Assembly: GCF_001194135.2 (NCBI RefSeq)
Contig: NC_068989.1
Span: 82,057,504-82,121,503 of the forward strand
Source: Octopus bimaculoides
Taxonomy: Eukaryota
Reading direction: 5' to 3'
DNA length: 64,000 nucleotides
Every line of letters begins with the position of its first letter. Position 1 is the first letter of the stretch. Of the stretch, positions 13,870 to 23,335 are shown in pieces. Below the pieces are notes generated by a model. The model ran no database searches. It was given only the letters and a program-made list of their open reading frames with translations, and was not told the origin of the DNA. A program made the position numbers and the translations under genes.

Positions 13870-14205
13870 GGGACAGAGAGTTAAATAGTATGGTATGATC
13901 GTAATGGTCCCATAATACCCATAATTAACCCACCCACCCATCAACCAACAAACCAGTGGTTATAGTAAGAGAGTTAGGTAGTGTTGTGGTGCTCCTATAG
14001 TACCCATTGTTAAACCAACCTACATACCCATGTCAACCAACAAATTGTATAGTAAGGGAGTTAGGTAGTGTGGATGTGGTGGTCCTATGTTACTCATAGT
14101 TAACCCATACGCATCAACGAATCAACAAGAGGTATAGTAAGAGGGTTAAGTGAGTGTAGTGGTGTGGTGGTAGTTCCATGTTACCCATGCTTTAACCTAC
14201 CAACA
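13870..14205. repeat. Diverged ~85-bp tandem repeat, about 4 units
   Basis: Recurrent tatagtaagagagttaggtagtg...ccat..ttaacc...caac. Confidence 0.7.
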
Positions 14206-14484
14206 ATGTAGAAATGTTGAAGTCATTTAGATAATTATCCGCTCTATTAGACAATAATTACATTTGATGATGGAATAATCACATCAACAACACCATAACC
14301 ACCACCAACACCACCACCACCACCACTACTACCACCACCAACAACAAAAACAACAACAACAACAACAAGTTATATGAAAGATTAAAGAACATTAGAGCAG
14401 ACAGGAAGTAAGACATAGTTCTGTTTTACTCTGCATTTGATTCACCAAACACCACCACCACCACCGCAATAATGGCACAGGCAT

Positions 14485-15088
14485 GACTGTGCGGTAAGAA
14501 TTTGTTTTCCAACGACATGGTTCTGAGTTCAGTTCCACTCTGTGGAACCTTGGGTAAGTGTCTTCTACCATAGCCTTAGGCCAACCAAAGCCTTGTAAGT
14601 GGATGGAAACTGATAGAAGCCTGTCTCACACACACACACCATCATCATCATCGTTTAACGTCCACTTTCCATGCTAGCATGGGTTGGACAATTTGACTGA
14701 GGACTGTTGAACTGGATGGCTGCACCAGGCTCCAATCTGATCTGGCAGAGTTTCTACAGCTGGATGCCCTTCCTAAATGCTCTGGTGCTGCCATTGATAA
14801 CAGTGGTCTTAGCTTTAAATAGTGTGAAAGCACTAAGAGATTTTGGAAACCAACTGATGAGAAAATCAGCTGCGAATGTTCCTTGTGTTGTGTTTTACTC
14901 TCCTTTTTCTGTCCGTTCTGTTTTCATCTATTTTTCCTCTCTCTACCTAACCTTTGAGATGTGTGTGTGTCCGTCCCCTTATGACTGTCTTCCACCACCA
15001 CTTGACAACTGGTGTTGGTATGTTTATATCCCCATCACTTAGCAGTTCAACATAAGCGAGTGACAGAATATACTCCAGGTGCTACAAC

Positions 15089-15127
<39 letters not shown>

Positions 15128-15215
15128 TCTGGGGTTGAATCGGCTGACTAAAATTCTTCAAGGTGGTGCCCCAGCATGGCTGCAGTTTAATGACTGAAAC
15201 AAGTAAAAGATAAAC
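14485..15215 (+). mobile_element. SINE family A split by an RTE-tail insertion (~14638-14780) and other sequence
   Basis: Head 14485-14625, body ~14960-15075, tail ~15128-15215. Confidence 0.65.
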
Positions 15216-16752
15216 AATGGTTTTATCAGCAACACCAATGCCCCCCCCCCCCACTATGTCAATCACCAACAGCACTATACTGATCCCACCCTTGTACTAC
15301 TAACAGCCAAGACCATTAATAATGTCTCTACTAATACCACTGTCAACTCTGCCACTAATAGCAGCAACAACATCAAAATAGTAATTCAAATTAGGTTTTA
15401 TCTCTTTAATAGAGTGCCTGTATTTTCTCCTTGCCTTCCAGAGTCCATGATTTACACCTACACACATATCTATTATAAAAACACATACATGTCTATTATA
15501 AGCACACACACACACACACACACACGTCTATTACAAGCACATGCACCCATTATAAACACACACACATACAAGTGTATCTATTACAAACACACACACACAC
15601 ATATCTGTTACAAACACACATATCTATTATAAACACATGCACATATCGGTTACACACGCATATAGAGCTCTATTACAAACACATCTACACATACATATAC
15701 AACTACAATTACAGACATACACACACATACAACACTATCACATCTACACATATTCAAGTCCACAGACACCACACACACACACACACACACACACGTACAC
15801 TGCATTGATCGAGTGAAACCTGATATTAAAACAATATATTTTGTCAATATTAGTTTGCTCCTCTCTGACCCTTAGTGTATCTCAGAGATCAACACCTTCA
15901 CTCAACCACACCTCCACTCAACCACACCTCCACTTCCCTCACCCACAGCCCATTCCACACACTTCCCAAGGCTACTAAGGAGCTGGGTGCAGTACAGGGC
16001 TATTTTGAAATCAAACGAACCCTCCCAATTAATTTTGATCTCATTAAAGACACTGTTTAATTCTGTCAGTCATTTGTGGCCGAAGACAGTTAATTAGGAT
16101 CTGTGTTGGATTTACTTGAGTTAAAGGTGGCCCATAGAAAAAAGTTAGTGGGAGGGATCTCCTGAAGAGAAGGATTGGTAAGACATCATAATTATCATTG
16201 AAATATGTGTTTAGAAGAGATATGGACCCAACCGGATGTATTAAGTATAAGGTAAACAAGAATGTTTAAACATTACGTATATAAAGAGTAGAACTACTAT
16301 ATCATGTTCATCAATACAAAACCCCAAATATCCAACCTCGTAATCAAGGCCAAGATTGAACACAGGGTATTCTACAACAAAGTACAGGGAGTATTAACTC
16401 TATCAAGGTTAGTGTTTTTTTCAATTTACAGTATCACACTAACACATGCACTCACATTTACACACACACAAGCTGATACCAACCCTGCTTTGTCCAGTGT
16501 CACCCCTCATTAAACTAAACTAAGTTCACTTATTTTTCTCCACCAAATAGTCCACTACAAATGTCATTGTGGTATTATATGGTTGACCACTGTCCATTAA
16601 AACTGTCATTAAGGTATTACCTAGTTGGTTACTCACCTTATGCCAGTTTCTTACCATCTTAGCAACCTGTCCCTCTCTTCTAAGGAAAGATTGTCTTTGT
16701 CAGCCAGGATGTCTCTAAACTGGGCAATGGGTTATGTCTAACCCACAAGTTG

Positions 16753-16975
16753 AGGTGGATAGCTTAGTGGTTAGGGTGTGGGACTCGATCGCAAAATTGT
16801 GGTTTTGATTCCTGGATTGGCTGATGCAGTGAGTTCTTGAGCAAGACACTTCATTTCACGTTGCTCCAGTTCACTCAGCTGAGTAATACTGCGATGGTCA
16901 GGCATTCCGTCCAAGGATGAGGGGGGTGGTAAGGATATAAGCACCATGAAAACTGGGAGACTGGCCCTACGAGCA
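16753..16975 (+). mobile_element. Third tRNA-derived SINE type with a CORE/V-like central domain
   Basis: agcttagtggttagggt head, ttcttgagcaagacacttcatttcacgttgctccagttcactcagctg, ctgcgatgg...ccatgaaaactgggagactggccc; the same tail appears at 1-75. Confidence 0.65.
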
Positions 16976-17194
16976 CTAACATAGAGTGTGTGCCACCTGG
17001 GGGCAGCCCTTTAGTTTGCTGCCTCCGGACCCCTACAAAAAATACATATTGCCTACAGCAGACAGAAAAGTGATGTGGCCCCCCCCCACCATAAAAGTGC
17101 TGCCTGGGGTGAACTGCCCCCTCTAGCTACGCTAGTGACAGTGAGTCTCTATGACTTAGGAAGGATGTTTATCGTATTTTATCTCTCCTATCTA

Positions 17195-17405
17195 CCACCC
17201 AGGAACTCAGACAGCAAAGGGTGAGAACAAATACCACAAAACATCTTATCTGACATGCAAACGGTTATACCAATTTAGGCTTGCACTTTTACAAATGGTG
17301 AACAGTGAAGTTGACCTCAACAGGATCTGAACTCAGAGAAGAGAGGTCTGAAATAAAATAGCTCAATGCATTTTGTCTGATACACTAAAGACTGCCAGGC
17401 CATGC
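17195..17405 (-). mobile_element. Diverged family B SINE
   Basis: gaagttgacctcaacaggatctgaactcaga is the reverse complement of the B core. Confidence 0.6.
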
Positions 17406-18360
17406 CTGATGTTGTTGTTTAACTCCATCCCTGAACTAGCAGATTGAAGATCAAAGTTATTTTAGCTGTGACCGTCTCATCTGATATAAGAGTAGGTATA
17501 GCTATGTATGTGTTCTTTCCTTATTTAAGGCAGAAATATGAAATGATTTGACTGTGGTTGGTCTGAAGTGGGTTGTCGATGTCTGATAAAATATTGGACT
17601 AATTTATGAAGTGTATAGAAATACCAGTGGGTTTACCCTCAGATGGGTAATACATATACACTCACCCAAGCACATATACACAAACAAACACACACACGCG
17701 CCTACACACATATAATATAATGAATGAAGAAATAGGATATTAGTCAATATTCACAAGGCTTTTTATAGTTTGTGTGAATGCTTATGAGTATTTCTTTGCT
17801 TGTGTGTGTATGTGTGTGTGAGGAGAGAGAATATGTAAACTAATCAGAGATAGAGAGAGAAAGTAAGAGATAAACAGAGTGTGGGAGACTGTCTTCTGAT
17901 AGTCCACAGCTAAAAATCACAATAACAAAAGGGTATGATAATTATCGTTCAGATGAGGGACTGAACGTGGCTTTATTCAATCTAAAGTCTGAAGGTGAAG
18001 CTGATATCCTTCAAGTAATAAGTTCAATTTAAGGAAATCCGGGGTGAGGCCATCAGAATTATGGAAATGGTGTTGAGTGGAGCGGCCGAGCAATTTAGTG
18101 ACATGTTAGATAGGGGAAAGGTCAAATTATCATACAGAAACTACTCCAATTAGTATTACGGCTGTTATCTAACAGTTCAACATGTAACAGTAATGTTAGG
18201 GGGAGGGGTTACAGTTGTAGCAGTCTGATGGCAAGAGAGGTCATATAGCTGATGTAGAGCTGTAATAAGGTTGCTGATAGGGTTTCAATTCCCAGCTGAG
18301 GGTATTTCACTGATAACAAATAAAATATGGAATATGGCAACTAAAATATCATGTTTATGC

Positions 18361-18782
18361 TGTAGGGAAGTGGTTATACACCATTAGGTGTACACCGCTT
18401 CCGTACATTAAATTTCTAGAAGAAACAACGGAACGCAGATTCTGAACAACATAACAATATTTATTTACAGTGGAATTCAGTCCACGCTTGGAGGGAATTC
18501 GGTAGCTCGTCGCCCTCGGTTACTGAGACGCCTCCTGAATGATTTCCGTGGTTATTTGTGAAGCTCTGGTGCTGACATGTGAGAGAGCTCTGTTGGACGT
18601 CTTGGCTCGACGGAGATCAGTCAACGAAGAGACTGAGAAAAGGCGCCAAAGCTGGGTGTCGAACTCTACGCATGCGCATGAGACTCTTCCTGTATTCCTT
18701 CCGGACTTAGTCCCTGCGCATGCGTGGATAAAACTCCGGACATTGAACATATAACAGTCGTCTGCTATAAGATGTCACTACA
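18361..18782 (-). mobile_element. Solo LTR (Gypsy-like), 422 bp
   Basis: TGTAG...CTACA termini; exact 4-bp TSD ATGC (18357-18360 and 18783-18786); CpG-rich; AATAAA on the minus strand near 18460. Confidence 0.8.
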
Positions 18783-19366
18783 ATGCAATGAATGCTACTG
18801 GGGAACAACTATGTCATTCATTCCTCAAGAGTTGATAAAGTAAAGTACCAGTCATATACTGGAGTTGATTAAATCCAGCACACTCTTTCTCCAGATTTGT
18901 GACCTTTTGCCAATGTTAGAACCATTAGTGATTTTCAACATAGCAACAAGGACACAAGTTTTGTGAGAAAGGGTTAGTGGATTACATCACCCTTCGTACA
19001 TGACTGGTACTTATGTATGTACATACAGACACACACATACATATACATACACATGTACATATATATTTGGCTTGAACAGATGAGAGGCTCATAAGTGGAA
19101 CACCATTGCTCATAGGTACGCTGGCTCAGAACTGACCAAGAGACAAACAATGACACAGCGTAACTCATAATCATCGTCATCATTTTTACATTTGCTTTCC
19201 ATGATGGCATGGTTTAGGCAGTTAGACAAGGTCCCTAAAGATTGCAGGAACCACATCTTACTCCAGTGTCACAGATTTCGTATGGTTTCTATGGCTGGAT
19301 GTCATTCCTAATGTCAACCACTTAACAGAATATGCTGGGTACTCAAACTCAGGTGAGTGAACTCAC

Positions 19367-19514
19367 CTGAGTTTGAGAAATGGTGGAAGACTCTGGAGGG
19401 TAGACTATGAAGTGACGTAATGTAAATCCAAAACCAGCCTCTGTGCGGGGCACTATCTCTGTAAGGGGGGGCCCTGACCATGATCTAAGTACTGATTGGG
19501 TTGACCCCGTCAAC
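19367..19514 (-). pseudogene. Duplicated, frameshifted copy of the ARHGAP21/23 PDZ exon (pseudo-exon or candidate poison exon)
   Basis: 19354-19562 aligns to 20812-21049 with 7 substitutions, a 3-nt insertion and a 32-nt deletion. Both splice sites are retained. The 148-nt exon reads VDGVNPIST* from the ancestral acceptor. Confidence 0.9.
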
Positions 19515-19563
19515 CTGTAATGAAACATGCAATTTCTCAGTAAAAGATAACAAACACGGATTT

Positions 19564-19795
19564 AGGCAACAAGATGGCAGAAGCGTTAGCACGCCGGGTG
19601 AAATGCTTAGCGGCATTTCGTCTGCCCTTACGTTCTGAGTTCAAATTCTGCAGAGGTCGACTTTGCCTTTCATCCTTTCGGGGTCGATAAATTAAGTACC
19701 AGTTACGCACTGGGGTCAATGTAATCGACTTAATTCCTTTGTCTGTCCTTGTTTGTCCTCTCTATGTTTAGCCCCTTGAGGGCAATAAAGAAATA
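19564..19795 (+). mobile_element. Full-length tRNA-derived SINE (family B) co-inserted with the exon copy
   Basis: Head aggcaacaagatggcagaagcgttagc, B-box-like gagttcaaattc, body gtcgactttgcctttcatcctttcggggtcgataaattaagtaccag, tail ggcaataaagaaataa; right TSD at 19796-19812. Confidence 0.9.
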
Positions 19796-20824
19796 AGAAT
19801 ATGTTGGGTACTTTCTCATGCTTCTTTCTTTGCAGCAACACCAAGTGCAAATACACCATTATCCAGTCATACATACTTCTCACCCACAATGTCTTGTATC
19901 AATGTTCTATGATATATTCTATCCTCATATCATAGAACATTGGTAAATCTCTCATATTCTGTTGCAACCTTTGTTGAGTAAACCTGTCACCTAAATTCCC
20001 TTCTAGCTGCCCAGTACAATTCACTGCACCCCTATTTTTCAAGTTTTTCCAAGCCTGTGTCTCTGTTGCTAAATATCTGTCCATTTTACTGTTGCATACC
20101 CACACCACCTTTGATCTGGATGGAAACCTTGCACCAGCCATAGACTTGAAGTCTTATCTGGCCTGTTTGGCCACCAGATCAATAGGGGATCAGATGGTTT
20201 TCTCAGGCTAATGTTGCATATAACTAAGTCATTAGCATCAGAGACCTCCAGCAGCTTTGTTCCCTCCTCATTCCTAGAGCCAAAGTCTTTATACACACCA
20301 TGAAATCCATCAAAGTGCTGCCCAGCTTGTCAGTCGAAATAACCAGCCATGGTGATAAAGTTATCATCATTCATTATCAAGGTAAGAGGGCCACATAGAA
20401 TTGGGCTTTCTCTTCATCTGCCAGTTCTAATTGTGAAATATAGGCAGAGGTAAATGTTGTAGTCACATTAACCAAGACTAGTTTAAGCTTCGTTATCCTA
20501 TCACAATCTCTGACTACCTCAATCATTTTATCTACCTGTTTCTCAACTAATAGTATGCTTACTACACCCACACTATCACTACTGCTTAAACAAAAAATTT
20601 ATATCTTTTGTTCCTGGTCCATGAGGAATCTGGTAGAGGCTCCCCTCCATCTTCCCTCTTGCACACAGTACACATCCACATGTAGCTATTCTAGCATTTC
20701 AACAATTTCTCCAAGCCTGTATATTAACAAAGAAAAACAAAAGACAAACCAAAAAAAAACAAAAAAACATAAAAACAAAAAAAATAATTTGTCATTAATA
20801 AAAGTAGAAATTGAGTGAACTCAC

Positions 20825-21001
20825 CTGAGTTTGAGAAATGGTGGAAGATTCTGGAGGGTAGACTATGAAGTGACGTAATGTAAATCCAAAACCAGCCTCT
20901 GTGCGGGGCACTATCACTGTATGGGGCCCTGACCATGATGTAAGTACACTGGAGGTAGTAGTAGCACTATTACTACTACTGATTGGGTTGTCCCCATCAA
21001 C
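20825..21001 (-). CDS. ARHGAP21: Internal coding exon of an ARHGAP21/ARHGAP23-family Rho GTPase-activating protein (N-terminal part of PDZ domain)
   Basis: Minus strand: acceptor tttcattacAG (AG 21003-21002), donor CAG|gtgagt (from 20824); 177 nt, phase 0-0. Translates [75 protein letters not shown] is the characteristic ARHGAP21/23 PDZ carboxylate-binding-loop segment. ARHGAP21 versus 23 cannot be separated in an invertebrate. Confidence 0.9.
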
Positions 21002-21169
21002 CTGTAATGAAACATACAATTTCTCAGTAAAAGATAACAAACACGGATTAAGTTGAATGTTTTTGTCAGTTAATCCACTTCACATTGCAAAGGGGTGAGG
21101 GATAGGTTCCTCACATCTCATAATATCACTGGTGAAGGAGGGTGGTCTAAACATTCTTTGGTGGTGAAC

Positions 21170-21730
21170 GTAATGGTGAGTGATGGTGGTGGTGGTGGTG
21201 GTGATGGAGTTGATAGTGGTATTGGTGGTAGTGGTATTGGTGGTAGTGCTAATGATGGGTAGTGGCGACGGTGTTGATAGTGGTAGTGGTGTTGGTGGTA
21301 ATGCTACTGACGGGTGGTGGTGATGGTGTTGATAGTGGTAGTGGTGTTGGTGGTAGTGCTAATGATGGGCGGTGGTGATGGTAGTATTAATGGGGGGGGG
21401 GTTGTGGTTTTGGTGGATGGTGTTGATATTGCTGGTGGTAGTACTGTTTGTGGGTGGTGCTGGATGCAGTGGTTTTGGGTAGTGTTGGTACTGACAGATA
21501 ATGTTGGCATTGATGCTAGTGGTGCTGAGTGATGGTGGTAGTGTGTTAATGGTGGTGGTGGTGATGTTTGGTGGTTGTGGTAATGGTGGAATTTGTGGTG
21601 GTGGGGAGGGTATTAACGATAATGGTGGTGATGAGCTATTTATTGGCAATTGCAGGGGTAGTAGCATAGTGATGTTAATGACAGCGTTGGTGGTGATGGA
21701 GTTGGTATTGGTGGGAGAATCCATGCATGA
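21170..21730. repeat. (GGT/GTA/GAT)n low-complexity tract
   Basis: Degenerate trinucleotide repeats; similar tracts at 23390-23960 and 45830-46090. Confidence 0.9.
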
Positions 21731-22406
21731 TTAGGGGTTAATAGTCAACAAGTAATAGAATATAATGGCTGTCTACCCTCTGCAGTTTGCTCCACTCCCC
21801 AATCATATTTCTTCTTTCTCTCATCACCTTCTCACACTCTCAACTGATGCATGACACAATTCACTCTCCACCCTGATCCAATCCTTCTTCCCCCACACCA
21901 TCCATCCAGCTCTAGCCGGTAGCTGCCCACCCTCACTCCCCAACCTCAGTGTCATCAGTAAAAGTCATGGGCACTGCCCCACCCTCACTCTATGATCTTC
22001 AGTAAGAACAAATTTATCAAGAAGGTCGTGAGGGGAAAGGCTATAGTAGATAAGAGTGCCACCACTATGGTTATGATAAGAAATTTGCTTTGTAATCAAG
22101 TGGTGCCAGGTACATTCTCACTGCACATTACCTTGGGTAAGCAATTCCGATCATCATCTGACACACATACACATCATCATCATTATTTAACGTCCATGTT
22201 TCATGCTGACATGGGTTAGATGATTTGACAGGACCTGATGGGCCCAAGGACACCATTGTGTTCCAGTGTCTGCTTTGGCATGGCCTCTACAGCTGGATGC
22301 CATTTCTAACATCAAACACATACACACACACACGCGCAATAGGCTTAGACTCTTGTTTTAGTCCCACATTGTTCTGGTAAGTGTGTGTGTGTGTGTGTGT
22401 ATATGC

Positions 22407-22434
<28 letters not shown>

Positions 22435-22437
<3 letters not shown>

Positions 22438-22580
22438 CCAGCGACGCCTGCTGGGTTCGGCTGCTCTACATTGATAAAAGGCAAACACCCTGAAACTAGT
22501 CTGTAGACGCCAGACCAGCAAGGAGAAGCGGCTGACCTTCCCTGTTCGAAGGTTATAATGGACACAGGTTCGTGTGTCAC
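22435..22580 (+). mobile_element. Penelope-like element terminal-repeat fragment with a degenerate minimal hammerhead ribozyme
   Basis: 22466-22506 reads ctaca-TTGATAA-aaggcaaacaccct-GAAAC-ta-GTC-tgtag: stem I ctaca/tgtag, palindromic stem III actagt, GUC triplet; the core deviates from CUGAUGA. Confidence 0.65.
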
Positions 22581-23096
22581 ATAGCTAGCTAGTAAGGCAA
22601 TGGCCTCTTGGAGATAATCAACGGCAGCATTTGTCCTATTTTTTGGTCTGCCATGTTGGCTTGGCGATAACTATTAATATATATATATATATATATAATT
22701 ATTACAAAATACATGGGAACAGTGAGTTAACAATAGCAACTGTAACAGTTTGTTGAGCTAGTTGTATGACCAAATTAAACTCTACCAATCTGGTATTGAA
22801 TGCTCTGGTCCCTCATATATGTTACTCTTGCATGCTTTATGATTTTGGCATGTGTTTTGTATGTGTTTTGTATGTATTTTGTATGTGTGTGTGTTATATA
22901 TCTTTTACAAATGTATGTGTAGTGTACAAAGGTGAAGAATGTAAATGGCAGCATAAAAAAACTGAATATGTAGCATACTTCTTAATAAAGTTCTCTGTAA
23001 TATTTGTTCTGCAACATATTACAGACACTCCCTTACTACTCTCTCATGAGAAATGCTGTGAACCAGTGACTGACCAATCAGAAACCTGGGGTCAGT

Positions 23097-23335
23097 GATG
23101 GTGGGCTGGAGTCACTGATGGTGGGTTGGAGTCACTGATGGTGGTTTGGAGTCACTGATGGTGGTTTGGAGTCACTGATGGTGGGCTGGAGTCACTGATG
23201 GTNNNNNNNNNNATGGTGGTTTGGAGTCACTGATGGTGGTTTGGAGTCACTGATGGTGGGCTGGAGTCACTGATGGTGGGCTGGAGTCACTGATGGTGGG
23301 CTGGAGTCACTGATGGTGGGCTGGAGTCACTGATT
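23097..23335. repeat. 20-bp minisatellite (gatggtgggctggagtcact), about 12 units
   Basis: Directly visible tandem units with ggc/ggt/gtt variants; 10-N gap inside. Confidence 0.95.

Larger units (their letters stand above)
19165..20705 (-). mobile_element. Internally deleted RTE-clade LINE (endonuclease + linker + 3' tail, no RT), interrupted by the exon+SINE insertion
   Basis: Decayed APE motifs CVQEGRWRGAS (~20630-20670), GVVSILLVEKQVDKMIEVVRDCDRI...SAY (20377-20571), FGSRNEEGTKLLEVSDANDLVICN (20069-20296); linker QDIVGEKYV*LDNGVFAL (~19830-19890); RTE-type 3' tail ending in (ATG)n near 19165. Confidence 0.8.

Noticed and set aside
16637-16679. 43-nt exon candidate with donor AAG|GTGAGT (could encode MVRNWHK)
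   Set aside because: Read in phase 0 after the PDZ exon it hits TAA. No promoter evidence or homology supports a first exon.
17880-18300. Possible CR1-type LINE relic (TNWSSF...PFP)
   Set aside because: Only one short motif resemblance; too decayed to call by eye.
19367-21001. Classical Dscam-style mutually exclusive exon pair
   Set aside because: With ancestral splice sites the copy is 148 nt with an early stop, so it cannot substitute in frame; only the speculative 90-nt form could.
19354-21049. Exon duplication as an assembly artefact
   Set aside because: The copies differ by 7 substitutions and two indels, there is no gap nearby, and the copy lies within a coherent TSD-bounded structure.
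23097-23335. CRISPR-like array
   Set aside because: Units are contiguous with no unique spacers, and the context is eukaryotic.
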